From NCBI GenBank assembly GCA_965227405.1, contig OZ245758.1, forward strand, positions 3,188,338 to 3,252,337: a DNA stretch of 64,000 nucleotides, written 5' to 3'. This DNA comes from Polyangiales bacterium. GTDB taxonomy: Bacteria; Myxococcota_A; Polyangia; Polyangiales; Houyiibacteriaceae. Below, in pieces: positions 1 to 8,466 of this stretch (positions within the stretch are counted from its first letter, which is position 1; each line of letters opens with the position of its first letter). The notes beneath the pieces were generated by a model that was not told where the DNA came from, ran no database searches, and worked only from the letters and a program-made list of their open reading frames with translations. The position numbers and the translations under genes were made by a program.

Positions 1-221
1 CGACCTTCTTCATCCACAAGGGCGTCGACCTCGGCGACCTCGAAGTCGATGCTGGCGGGTTCAAAGATGGTGTTGGCGCGAGCGATTTGTTCGTCGATCC
101 ACGCTCGGTCGCGCACCGGTGAACCTTCGACTTGGGCGACGCTAAATCGAACCCGAAAGGTCGTGTCGGCGAGGGCTGTGGAGCTCACACAAAGCGTGAT
201 GAAGAGGGCGACGAGCTTCAT
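1..221 (-). CDS. Hypothetical secreted protein, 5' part only (gene runs off the window start); alternative in-frame ATG at 233
   Basis: Minus-strand open frame from ATG (revcomp of cat at 219-221). It encodes MKLVALFITLCVSSTALADTTFRVRF..., a classic signal peptide, and has no stop before the window edge. It is absent from the ORF track, presumably because it is truncated. Confidence 0.35.
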   Translation of the reverse strand, partial: MKLVALFITLCVSSTALADTTFRVRFSVAQVEGSPVRDRAWIDEQIARANTIFEPASIDFEVAEVDALVDEEG

Positions 222-281
222 CTCGACGCTCATTGTTACCCGTCTCGCGCACCCTGCATAGATGTGCTCTAGTCGGGGGGC

Positions 282-1562
282 ATGACCCAGCCTGAAGTGA
301 AGCGCGTCGGGATTGTTTTCTCGGGCGGACCCGCGCCCGGAGCCAATGCAGTCATCGGTGCCGCGGCCAGCGCATTTGTGGGAGAAGGCCACGAGGTAGT
401 GGGCTTCTTTCATGGGTTCTCCAACTTGCAGGAGTACCACCCGGTCTCGCGCCGACTCTTGCCAGACGAGCACTACCGCATCTTTGAGCCGCGGGATTTT
501 TCGGGGCTGCGCAACGCACGCGGCGTGTTGATCGGGACTGCGCGCGCGCATCCCGGTCAGGGACTGACGTCGTTTGATGATCTCGATGATCCCATCAAGT
601 CCGAGAAGCTTCGCAACGTGTACAAAGCGCTCGTTGATTTGGAGATCGACGCGCTGATCACGATTGGTGGAGACGGCACGCTCACCACAGCGAACTTCCT
701 GTACGAACTGCAGAATCGTCTTCCCGACGACGCGCGGCGGGTTCGCATCGTTCACATTCCCAAGACCATCGACAACGACTACGGCGGGATCGACTTCACG
801 TTTGGGTTCTTTACGGCCGTGGATGTGCTCACGAAGGAGCTGCTCAACCTGCGCGCCGATGCGATCGCCACCAGCAGCTACTTCATCGTGGAGACCATGG
901 GTCGCAAGTCGGGGTGGGTGTCGTACGGCGTTTCGATTGCCGGCGAAGCCAATCTGGTGGTGGCACCCGAAGACGTGGATGCCTCGCTGAGCGACGAGGA
1001 GGGCAAGCTTTCGATGACCGCGTTGTGCGACCGAATCATCAGTTTGATTCGTCATCGCGAACAACTCGGAAAGCACTACGGAACGATTGTGCTGGCGGAG
1101 GGGCTCGCAGAACTGTTGCCCGAAGCGATGCTCGAACGTTTACCGCGCGATCAGCACGGACACGTTGCGCACGGCAAACTGGATCTGGGCAAGCTCGTCG
1201 CGCAGAGAGTGTCGGAGCGCTACATGGAGCTGCACGATCAGCGCAAGAAGATCAGTGGTGTGCAGCTAGGTTACGAGAGCCGTTGTTCACCGCCGCACGC
1301 GTTTGACGTGATGTTGGGGGCGCAGCTGGGCGTGGGTTCGTATCGTGCGTTGGTCGAGGAAGGTCTCGACGGGCACATGATTAGCGTGTCGGGGCAGCTG
1401 GATCTCCGGTACGTGCCCTTTGGTGATCTGATCGATCCGAAGTCGATGTTGGCGAAGGTTCGCTACATCGAGTCGCAGAGCGATTTCTTCCGTCTTGCGC
1501 GCTTTTTGGAAACACGAACCGATCGCATTCTGGATTGGTCGCCGGGTCGGCGTATTGAGTAG
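282..1562 (+). CDS. 6-phosphofructokinase (PFK-A family; architecture suggests a PPi-dependent type)
   Basis: 426 aa. GGPAPGANAVIGAAA nucleotide loop, GGDGTL, PKTIDNDYGGIDFTFGF and MGRKSGW motifs of the PFK family. The length and sequence features fit PPi-PFK better than the 320-aa ATP-PFK. Confidence 0.7.
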   Translation: MTQPEVKRVGIVFSGGPAPGANAVIGAAASAFVGEGHEVVGFFHGFSNLQEYHPVSRRLLPDEHYRIFEPRDFSGLRNARGVLIGTARAHPGQGLTSFDDLDDPIKSEKLRNVYKALVDLEIDALITIGGDGTLTTANFLYELQNRLPDDARRVRIVHIPKTIDNDYGGIDFTFGFFTAVDVLTKELLNLRADAIATSSYFIVETMGRKSGWVSYGVSIAGEANLVVAPEDVDASLSDEEGKLSMTALCDRIISLIRHREQLGKHYGTIVLAEGLAELLPEAMLERLPRDQHGHVAHGKLDLGKLVAQRVSERYMELHDQRKKISGVQLGYESRCSPPHAFDVMLGAQLGVGSYRALVEEGLDGHMISVSGQLDLRYVPFGDLIDPKSMLAKVRYIESQSDFFRLARFLETRTDRILDWSPGRRIE

Positions 1563-1663
1563 GCTTTGGTCCGCTTTGGTCCGCCATTCTGCTCGTCGCT
1601 CGATCACGCAAGAATGAAATTTCAAGTTTCAAAATTTCCCACTAAAAAGGTCGCCCCCGCGTA

Positions 1664-1700
1664 GCGGCCACAAAAAAGCCCCGCTCCGAAGAGCAGGGCT
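1664..1700 (-). terminator. Rho-independent terminator downstream of rpsU (read on the minus strand: GCCCTGCTC-TTCG-GAGCGGGGC followed by TTTTTTGT)
   Basis: GC-rich 9-bp stem with a 4-nt loop, followed by a T-tract on the minus strand, directly 3' of the rpsU stop at 1724. Confidence 0.6.
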
Positions 1701-1723
1701 TAGTGCATTAAGCGTTTGGCGGT

Positions 1724-1963
1724 TTAGAAGCGCTCGCGACCGGTATCGATCTGCTTGAGGCGCTTACGACGACGGCGGGAAGCTTCGGCTTCCTTCTTCC
1801 GACGGCGAACCGAGGGCTTCATGTAGTGACGACGACGCTTGAGCTCACGAAGGATGCCCTCCGCCGCCATCTTGCGCTTGAGGTGCTTGACCGCACGCTC
1901 GACACCTTTTTCGCCGACCTGAACCTCGACCGGCTTGCACTGAATCGCTTCACCAACGCTCAT
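1724..1963 (-). CDS. rpsU: 30S ribosomal protein S21
   Basis: Basic about 80-aa protein with ...VEKGVERAVKHLKRKMAAEGILRELKRRRHYMKPSVRRRKKEAEASRRRRKR, matching the S21 pattern. Start chosen at the internal Met (MSVGEAIQ...); the ORF-track start at 2002 is probably an N-terminal over-extension. Confidence 0.75.
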   Translation of the reverse strand: MSVGEAIQCKPVEVQVGEKGVERAVKHLKRKMAAEGILRELKRRRHYMKPSVRRRKKEAEASRRRRKRLKQIDTGRERF

Positions 1964-2029
1964 AAGGACCGGCAACCTGACATGCGGGAGGGGACCCGGC
2001 AAGGACTTATCGAGGGCTCGGGTCCAGTC

Positions 2030-2977
2030 CTAGAGATCGAGCTGTTCCAGGACGGCATTGGCCGCTTTTGCACTGCTCATCACGTAGAAATGAACGCTCG
2101 GGACGCCCTTATCGAGCAGCTCTCGACTCTGTTGAACCGCCCACTGAACACCGATCTCGAACACGTGCTTTTTGTCCGCGTTCTCGAGTTCTTTGGACAG
2201 AGCCTCGGGGATCTCGCAGTGGAACGTGCGCGGGATGCTCTTGAGCTGACGACGCGCCGTCAGGACCTTGAGACCCGGAATGATGGGCACGTTGATGCCC
2301 GCCGCACGACACGCTTCGACGTAGCGGAAGTAGTGGCGGTTATCGAAAAACATCTGCGTCACGATGTACTCGGCGCCCGCATCGACCTTCTCTTTGGTGC
2401 GGCGGATGTCCGATTCGATGTTCGGCGACTCGAAGTGCTTCTCGGGGTAGCCCGAGCAACCCACGCAAAACTCGGTGGGCGCAGCGTCGAGGTACGCGTC
2501 GAGATACTTGCCCTTGTTCATGGCCGCGACCTGTTCGATCAGGTCTTTGGCGTAGGTGTTGCGCGTGCGACCGCCGGTGAGCGGCTTGCGGTATCCGCTG
2601 TCATCGCCGCGGATTGCGAGGATGTTGTCGATGCCCAAGTAGCGCAGCTCGATGAGGAAGTCCTCGGTCTCTTGCTGCGTGAACCCGTTGCAGAGCACGT
2701 GGGGAACGGCGTCAACGTCGTACTTGTTCTGGATCAGGGCGCAGACACCAAGTGTTCCGGGTCGCTTGCGCTTGATCGTGCGTTGAATGCCCTCGGGTGT
2801 TTCGTCGTACACCACCTCAGCCGGATGGCTGGTGATGTCGATGAAGGGAGGGTCGTGCTTCATCAGATCGTCGATCACCGTCATCAAGTCGCGGACGTTG
2901 CCGCCGCGCTTGGGCGGGATGAGCTCGAAACTGATGAGCGGGCGCTTTGCTTGGGCGAGGTGTTCAGTGACCTTCAT
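2030..2977 (-). CDS. metF: 5,10-methylenetetrahydrofolate reductase
   Basis: 315 aa, ...ISFELIPPKRGGN... through the TIM-barrel MTHFR family. Lies upstream of and co-directional with rpsU. Confidence 0.8.
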   Translation of the reverse strand: MKVTEHLAQAKRPLISFELIPPKRGGNVRDLMTVIDDLMKHDPPFIDITSHPAEVVYDETPEGIQRTIKRKRPGTLGVCALIQNKYDVDAVPHVLCNGFTQQETEDFLIELRYLGIDNILAIRGDDSGYRKPLTGGRTRNTYAKDLIEQVAAMNKGKYLDAYLDAAPTEFCVGCSGYPEKHFESPNIESDIRRTKEKVDAGAEYIVTQMFFDNRHYFRYVEACRAAGINVPIIPGLKVLTARRQLKSIPRTFHCEIPEALSKELENADKKHVFEIGVQWAVQQSRELLDKGVPSVHFYVMSSAKAANAVLEQLDL

Positions 2978-3030
2978 GATCCGGGCGGGAGCATAGCGCC
3001 GTCATCCGATCCGGCCACCCGTCGGGCTTG

Positions 3031-3049
3031 TCTTGGTCTTGGTCTTGGG
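3031..3049. repeat. Microsatellite (TCTTGG)x3
   Basis: tcttggtcttggtcttggg, read directly from the sequence. Confidence 0.8.
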
Positions 3050-3092
3050 AAGACGCTTGCGCCCACGTTCCTCGAATCGCTTCGGGGGAAAA

Positions 3093-3366
3093 GGAAGAGG
3101 AAGAGGAAAGGGCTAGCCGTGGCTGTGCGGGTGGCTCGCTGCTCCAAACGGCCCTTTCCTCTTCCTATTCCTCTTCCCTAGAAGCAGATATCGATAGGTC
3201 CAGCGCTTCGCTTCCCAAGCCGACGAACTGCAAGCGACGCGAAGCAGAGCACGTTCGTTTCCATTCCCTTTCCCATTCCCTTTCCCGTCCAGCAATCAGG
3301 GACCCGCTCACGCGCGGAGAGCCCACCTGCAGCTCGGCGGGAATGGGAAAGGGAAAGGGAATGGAA
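3093..3366. repeat. Two long polypurine/polypyrimidine inverted-repeat hairpins ((GGAA/GAGGAA)n arms) in the metF upstream region
   Basis: Hairpin 1: ggaagaggaagaggaaaggg (3093-3112) pairs with ccctttcctcttcctattcctcttccc (3152-3178). Hairpin 2: ttccattccctttcccattccctttccc (3259-3286) pairs with gggaatgggaaagggaaagggaatggaa (3339-3366). A related element lies at 49142-49217. Confidence 0.85.
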
Positions 3367-3424
3367 AAGTCGGTCCGCGTTGGTCGAACGCTCGAACGGC
3401 TTCGCGGGAAAGGGGAAGAAGGGA

Positions 3425-3754
3425 TCAGCGGCCAAAGCTATGTGACGGCCACTCCGTAGCGGCAACCCCATACAACCCTCCAAGCTCCCGCAAGAATTCG
3501 AAGGTGTATATCCCGCTCGCGTGACCATCTCCCCAGGTCAAGCGCAACGCGTACTGACCCTCTTCTCCCAAGTCTTTGAGTTCGAGGTTCTTCGGCTCCA
3601 CCCAACGCACGGGTCCATGATGACCCTGGCACTCGGCGCAGGGACAAAACCCTCGCAGCAACGCGTGCGGAAGATGCGAGACGACACCGTCATCCCACTC
3701 GATCTCCATCATGCGCGCACCTTCCGGAGCGCGAACTTCAACGGGCTCGGGCAT
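3425..3754 (-). CDS. DUF971 domain protein (gamma-butyrobetaine-hydroxylase N-terminal-like)
   Basis: 109 aa with IEWDDG...CPCAEC...YALRLTWGDGHASGIYTFEFLREL, the DUF971 signature. Its start overlaps the kinase stop (TGATG). Confidence 0.7.
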   Translation of the reverse strand: MPEPVEVRAPEGARMMEIEWDDGVVSHLPHALLRGFCPCAECQGHHGPVRWVEPKNLELKDLGEEGQYALRLTWGDGHASGIYTFEFLRELGGLYGVAATEWPSHSFGR

Positions 3755-5397
3755 CAGTCCATGTCGAAGGCGTCAAACTCACCGACGCCACGAAGAACCA
3801 TTCGAGTCATGGGTGCATCCATGGCTTCTGTCATCGCGGGGGTCATCGCAGGCGCCATCGCTGCAGCGGTCGTGGGTGACATGTTCGGTACCATGGTCGC
3901 TTCCATAGTCACCGGCTCCATCGTCGTCATGCCGACCATGCCGTTGCGCATCCCACGCCCGCGCCAACGGTTGCGCATCTCAGTGGCCATGGTGTCGACC
4001 GGTTCCGGATCAGGAAGTTCACCGTCTGGAAGTTCGCCAACCGGGATTTCAGTCTCAGTCGTCTCCGTTTGCGCGACAGTCTCAACCGTATCGACGGGGT
4101 CGACAGTCTCGGTGGTTTGAGTTTCCCCGGATTGCGCTGGCGGTTCCGCCACGTTCACCGCTTCGGCTGGTGCATCGTCGCCACTCGTGAACGCGACCAC
4201 ACCCCCGACGAGTGCAGCGACGAGCATGACGGCGGCCGCGTACCACTTGGTGTTGTTGCTCTTTGGAGCAACATCCATCGTGATCGGTGTGCCTGTCGTG
4301 CTCGCGACGATCTGCGACTGCGAGAGCGGCGTCCGCTCCATGCTTTGCGAGTCGGTATTGCCGCTGATCGGAGGCAGTGCGTCGAGTTCCTCGTCGTCGC
4401 CCGTCAGCGCCATCTTCAGCCCGGTTTCGAGCTTCCGAAGCGATTCTCCGCCGTTGGCCTGCACGTAGGCGCCGATTTGAACGGCGGTGGGCTTCTCGCC
4501 CGACGCGGCCCGAAGTGCTTGAGCAAACTCGCGACAGGTGGAGTAGCGTTGTTCAGGATCACGCCGCAGCGCTTTCGCCACACAAATCGAAAGCTTGGGC
4601 GAAATCGTCGGACGGACATCCAAGAGCGTGGGAATCGGCTCCTGCGTAATCTTCTGCAACGTGTGAAGCGGGTTCTCCGTCTTGAAGAGACGACGTCCGC
4701 TCAGCGTTTCCCAGGCGACAACACCCAGCGCCCAGATATCGACGCGCCGATCCAGCGGTGCGCCAGTGGCCTGCTCCGGTGCGAAGTAGGCCATCTTGCC
4801 TTTCACCTCACCGGTTTGGGTGTGGGAGCTGCGCTGCATCGCTCGGGCGACACCAAAGTCCAAGATGCGTGTGCGACCTGCGCGGTCGACGAGAATGTTC
4901 TGCGGAGAGACATCGCGGTGCACGATATGGAGCGGGTCCCCCATGGGCGTTGTCGCTTCGTGCGCATCGTGAAGACCCTGCGCGGCTTGCGCGAGAATCT
5001 CTGCTGCGATGGGTGTCTCGACGTGCTTGCCACTCTTGAGCACCTCGCGAAGCAGTCGCGAGAGCGGCACGCCCACCACGAGTTCCATCACCAGGTAGAG
5101 CGAGTCGTCTTCGGCGCGTCCAAGGTCGAGCGTTTGAACAACGTTGGGGCTGCTGATGTTGGCCGCGACGCGTCCTTCGTCGAGGAACATCGTGACGAAG
5201 CGATCATCCTCCGCCAAGGTCGGAAGCATGCGCTTGAGCGCGACGACCTTCTCGAATCCACCTTCACCGAGAATGCGCGCGGCGTACACCTCTGCCATGC
5301 CACCACCAGCGATCCGAAAAAGGGTCTGGTAGCGCCCAAACCGTTGTCGTACAGACGACCCCGTCAACGAGCGTTTAGCGCTGGTGTCGATGCTCAC
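3754..5397 (-). CDS. Membrane Ser/Thr protein kinase with an acidic, Met-rich extracytoplasmic tail
   Basis: Hanks kinase motifs (VALKRM, HRDVSPQNILV, DFGVA, APE), one TM helix (WYAAAVMLVAALVGGVVAF) and a C-terminal low-complexity region with MxxxM-type repeats (MAPAMTPAMTEAMDAPMT). Confidence 0.8.
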   Translation of the reverse strand: MSIDTSAKRSLTGSSVRQRFGRYQTLFRIAGGGMAEVYAARILGEGGFEKVVALKRMLPTLAEDDRFVTMFLDEGRVAANISSPNVVQTLDLGRAEDDSLYLVMELVVGVPLSRLLREVLKSGKHVETPIAAEILAQAAQGLHDAHEATTPMGDPLHIVHRDVSPQNILVDRAGRTRILDFGVARAMQRSSHTQTGEVKGKMAYFAPEQATGAPLDRRVDIWALGVVAWETLSGRRLFKTENPLHTLQKITQEPIPTLLDVRPTISPKLSICVAKALRRDPEQRYSTCREFAQALRAASGEKPTAVQIGAYVQANGGESLRKLETGLKMALTGDDEELDALPPISGNTDSQSMERTPLSQSQIVASTTGTPITMDVAPKSNNTKWYAAAVMLVAALVGGVVAFTSGDDAPAEAVNVAEPPAQSGETQTTETVDPVDTVETVAQTETTETEIPVGELPDGELPDPEPVDTMATEMRNRWRGRGMRNGMVGMTTMEPVTMEATMVPNMSPTTAAAMAPAMTPAMTEAMDAPMTRMVLRGVGEFDAFDMD

Positions 5398-6077
5398 GTC
5401 TCACAGATGTGAATCTCTTCCCCAGAGGGCAGGGTGTCACAATAGTCGGACGGAGTGCCACTGATGCAGCCTTCAATAGAGCATTTGTCGACTTCACAAC
5501 GCCACGTGGGACGTCGCGAAGACATGTCTGTGCAGTCAGACATGACCGGGTTCTGAACACAGGTTCCGGGGCTGGTTTCGCACAAGTTGGTTAGCGAGTT
5601 GCACGTGCCCGTCGTGCAAAGCCCTGTATTACAAGGCTCGCAGCGCGGAATGTCTTCGATCGTCTGCTGCCAGCGAGTCTGACTGTCCCCCGCTCCGTCG
5701 TTCAAATAGAAGGGTTGTTCGACGAAGTACCAAATCTCGGATTGAGGATCGGCGGGCGAAGCAGAATCGGGGTCGAGAAAGTCACAACTACGTGTGCGAC
5801 AAAATCGCACCTTTACGTGCAGATCGCCCTCAGGCGTCTCCGTCTTCACACTAAACAAGTACGGCTGACGTGCGTTGGTCAGCTGCATCGGTTCGAGTGC
5901 AGTGCCCGCCCACTCTTCTTCGAAGGGTGTCGACGAACGCATGACTTCAACCGAGACCCAAAGATCGTCGTACTGCTCGGGGCGAGGGGGAACGCTGAGG
6001 TCGCCTTCAAGGATGGCGACACAGTTGCACCCAGCGGAAGCCGCGGCGAGCGAGAGAAGAAGTACGAAGCGCATCAC
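5394..6077 (-). CDS. Secreted Cys-rich lipoprotein (hypothetical)
   Basis: Signal peptide MMRFVLLLSLAAASAGC and a C-terminal Cys-rich module (CEPCNTGLCTTGTCNSLTNLCE...). Has a 4-nt overlap with the kinase start. Confidence 0.55.
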   Translation of the reverse strand: MMRFVLLLSLAAASAGCNCVAILEGDLSVPPRPEQYDDLWVSVEVMRSSTPFEEEWAGTALEPMQLTNARQPYLFSVKTETPEGDLHVKVRFCRTRSCDFLDPDSASPADPQSEIWYFVEQPFYLNDGAGDSQTRWQQTIEDIPRCEPCNTGLCTTGTCNSLTNLCETSPGTCVQNPVMSDCTDMSSRRPTWRCEVDKCSIEGCISGTPSDYCDTLPSGEEIHICET

Positions 6078-6793
6078 GGATCCAGGTTCACGACGTTATC
6101 AGTCTCAGGTTCGAGCTGAGCACCTCGCTGCAACAAGATGCCAGTCAGCACAGCGGCACCGACGATCACCACGCCGGTAATGATCCAAAACGCCGGACTC
6201 TGACGAATAGGCCGTCGTGCCTCGCGTTGGATCTCTTCCATGACGACTTCGATGCGGCGTCGTTCACCGTCTCGAATCGAGCCATCCCAGGTGAAGGTCT
6301 CGTACCCCTCCCGCTCGGCTTCGATGTTGTGACTCCCTGCGTCGGTTTCGATGTCTGCCGTGGCCCCGCGGTCGACTTCAACGCGTCGTCCGTCGAGTCG
6401 AACGGTGTAATCAACTTGGGGGTCAAGACTGGCGAGTTCGAAGATCGCGACGCGCGCAGCTTCTTCGCGGCGCAGCGTTTCCGCTTCTTCGCGGCCCTCG
6501 TAGTCCGGGTGATCCCGAAGCAAGCGGTCGAATGCATCCCGTGCATCTTTGTGGCGACCGATGGCGCGCAACACCATCGCGGCGTTGTAGAGCGCGACTG
6601 GAACGCCACTCAGGACATAGGCTTGTTCGAATCCTTGAAGGGCATCCGCCCAGCGTTCCTCTTCAGCAGCCTGAGCGGCACGCACGAACGCTTCACGTGC
6701 TTCGGTTCGGGACTCGTCGGCAGACTGCGCGTTGGAGAGCGAAGGAAGAAGAAGTCCGAGTGCGATGGCTAGGGCTAGGCCGCGACAATCCAA
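6074..6793 (-). CDS. Secreted TPR-like/PEGA-like domain protein with a C-terminal TM anchor
   Basis: Signal peptide, a TPR-like helical N-terminus, a PEGA-like beta segment (YTVRLDGRRVEV...GSHNIEAEREGYETF) and a C-terminal hydrophobic helix. Overlaps the downstream gene by 4 nt. Confidence 0.5.
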   Translation of the reverse strand: MDCRGLALAIALGLLLPSLSNAQSADESRTEAREAFVRAAQAAEEERWADALQGFEQAYVLSGVPVALYNAAMVLRAIGRHKDARDAFDRLLRDHPDYEGREEAETLRREEAARVAIFELASLDPQVDYTVRLDGRRVEVDRGATADIETDAGSHNIEAEREGYETFTWDGSIRDGERRRIEVVMEEIQREARRPIRQSPAFWIITGVVIVGAAVLTGILLQRGAQLEPETDNVVNLDP

Positions 6794-6842
6794 AGCGACC
6801 GGAGGATACCACGAGGTTGCGAAGGGTCCTCAATTCGCCGGC

Positions 6843-7988
6843 TTAGCGGCGGCAGCGCTCGTCGGTTTCGGGGCATGTAAACCGGACATGTGCGTGGTCT
6901 CGGTGCTTGCGGAAGTGCCGCACGATGCCGTGTGGAAACGAGGGTCCGCGCGGATACTGAATCCAACGGCTCAGCTGCGCCCGTGAGTAGCCGGCTCGTC
7001 GTGCAGCCCGATACAGCGGTTCCTGCAGGCTGTAGTCCATGAAGATCGCGTCGACCTGGTCGTTCTTGAGCCAATGCTCGAACAACGCCCACTGCCGGTT
7101 GGCGTCGAGGTCTTGGGGCCGGAGGTTGCGAAACACACAGGGGCGACCACCGCAACGACGTTGGTAGTAGGCCAAGTCCACGTCGCGACCGCTCTGGTGG
7201 CTGCGGTGTCCAGTCATGGGACCGCCACGTCGACGGCTAATATCGTGTACGCGAACGCGCGGTGCGCCAGGAAAGCGGGCACGCAAGTGATCGAACGCGT
7301 CCTGCATCCACAGAATGGTTTCCAGCGTTCCCCATGCGCGGTTGCGATCGCGAACCACGAAACCTGGATGGTTGGGAAGTCGCTCGCCGCGTTCCAGCGA
7401 ACCGCGATTCGGTGCTCCGATCGACTCGGACACGCTTTCGGGAATGTCGCTCCAGATCGTGATCTCTTGTCCGATGCGAATTCGATCGCGACGCAAACGG
7501 CGGTTCCAGCGCATCAGGTCACGAACACTGACGCGGTGGCGTGCGGCCAAGCGCGAAAGGTTGTCGCCACGGCGGATCCGGTACCGAATGCGTTCACGTC
7601 CGTCGGATTCACCCACGACAAGGCGCTGACCCACACGAATGCGTTCGCCGCGAAGCCCACCGTTGAGTTCACGCAGCCGGTCCAAACTAATGTCGTGGCG
7701 CGAGGCGATGTGACTGAGCGTGTCGCCCTGCCGAACTTCGTACGAGGGACCGTCGCGCCGTGTTTCTGCAGCGCGCTGACCGCCGGCTTCCGGTCCAACG
7801 ATGAGTTCTTGACCGATGTTGATCTGGTCGCCTTCGAGTTCGTTCCAGGATCGAAGGTCGTCGACGCTGACATCAAAGCGTTCCGCCAGAACGCTTAGTG
7901 CGTCACCGGAGCGCACGCGCCAGATTCGGCGGTCGGCATGCACCGGAGCCGCGAAGGAGAGGGCGAGCAAAAGGATGGTGAGTCGCAC
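6843..7988 (-). CDS. 3xLysM peptidoglycan-binding protein fused to a penicillin-insensitive murein endopeptidase (MepA/M74-like) domain
   Basis: Three LysM repeats (e.g. YEVRQGDTLSHIASRHDISLDRLRELN) and a C-terminal MepA-like region (HRSHQSGRDVDLAYY...DAIFMDYSL). Start set at GTG 7988 in front of the signal peptide RLTILLLALSFAAPVHA; the ORF-track start at 8096 would read through the intergenic repeat. Confidence 0.65.
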   Translation of the reverse strand: MRLTILLLALSFAAPVHADRRIWRVRSGDALSVLAERFDVSVDDLRSWNELEGDQINIGQELIVGPEAGGQRAAETRRDGPSYEVRQGDTLSHIASRHDISLDRLRELNGGLRGERIRVGQRLVVGESDGRERIRYRIRRGDNLSRLAARHRVSVRDLMRWNRRLRRDRIRIGQEITIWSDIPESVSESIGAPNRGSLERGERLPNHPGFVVRDRNRAWGTLETILWMQDAFDHLRARFPGAPRVRVHDISRRRGGPMTGHRSHQSGRDVDLAYYQRRCGGRPCVFRNLRPQDLDANRQWALFEHWLKNDQVDAIFMDYSLQEPLYRAARRAGYSRAQLSRWIQYPRGPSFPHGIVRHFRKHRDHAHVRFTCPETDERCRR

Positions 7989-8045
7989 GTCTTCCTCGGT
8001 ATCGCGCCGGGCTCCATGGGCCAAAAAAGTGGCAACTTCGTGGAC

Positions 8046-8200
8046 AATTTGAACGCAACTAGCAACTGAGAGCACGGCCCAGAGAACAAACAACACGAAC
8101 CGTCGGAGCGCTCATGTCCGTCTTCGTGCGATCCGTGTTCTGAATCCTCTGCTCCGTGTTCTCAGCTGCTCGTTGCGTGAAAGTCGGCGAAGCTGTTCCG
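8046..8200. repeat. REP/MITE-like intergenic element: inverted pair of an about 30-60-bp unit (AACGCAACTAGNAGCTGAGAGCACGG...) flanked by GTCCGCGAAGCTGTT-type motifs
   Basis: The unit sits in + orientation at 8052-8077 and in - orientation at about 8117-8177. It is about 88% identical to the copy at 23144-23203. The flank motif gtcggcgaagctgtt lies at 8183-8197, and the inverted motif caacttcgtggac at 8033-8045. Confidence 0.8.
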
Positions 8201-8466
8201 CTCTATTCATTAATTTTGGTGGAAGATTCGAAGGCGAAAGACGAAAGAGCGGGGTGGCCGATTATTTTTCGGGTGTCGTGGCTCCGAGGCACCCATGAAA
8301 ATGACAGCTCCCCTTGAGTCTTGCGCCTTCGAAACTTCCACAAAAAAGGAATAAAGCGGAACCGCGCCCGGAACTTCGAAGGTGGAGGTCCGCGAAGCTG
8401 TTGCACTGCAATGCGCAATGACGAAAAGACTTTGTGTCCGGTATCTGTCCGAACGACTCTCTGTTC

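Noticed and set aside
3028-3459. 143-aa ORF (and 3178..3528 on the minus strand) across the metF upstream hairpins
   Set aside because: Translations consist of the EEEEEE/GKGKG/SLSHSLS repeat artefacts of the GGAA/TTCC tracts. More likely structural or regulatory DNA.
4069-5412. 447-aa plus-strand ORF antisense to the Ser/Thr kinase
   Set aside because: The kinase on the opposite strand has unambiguous Hanks motifs. The antisense ORF is Arg/His-rich with no motifs.
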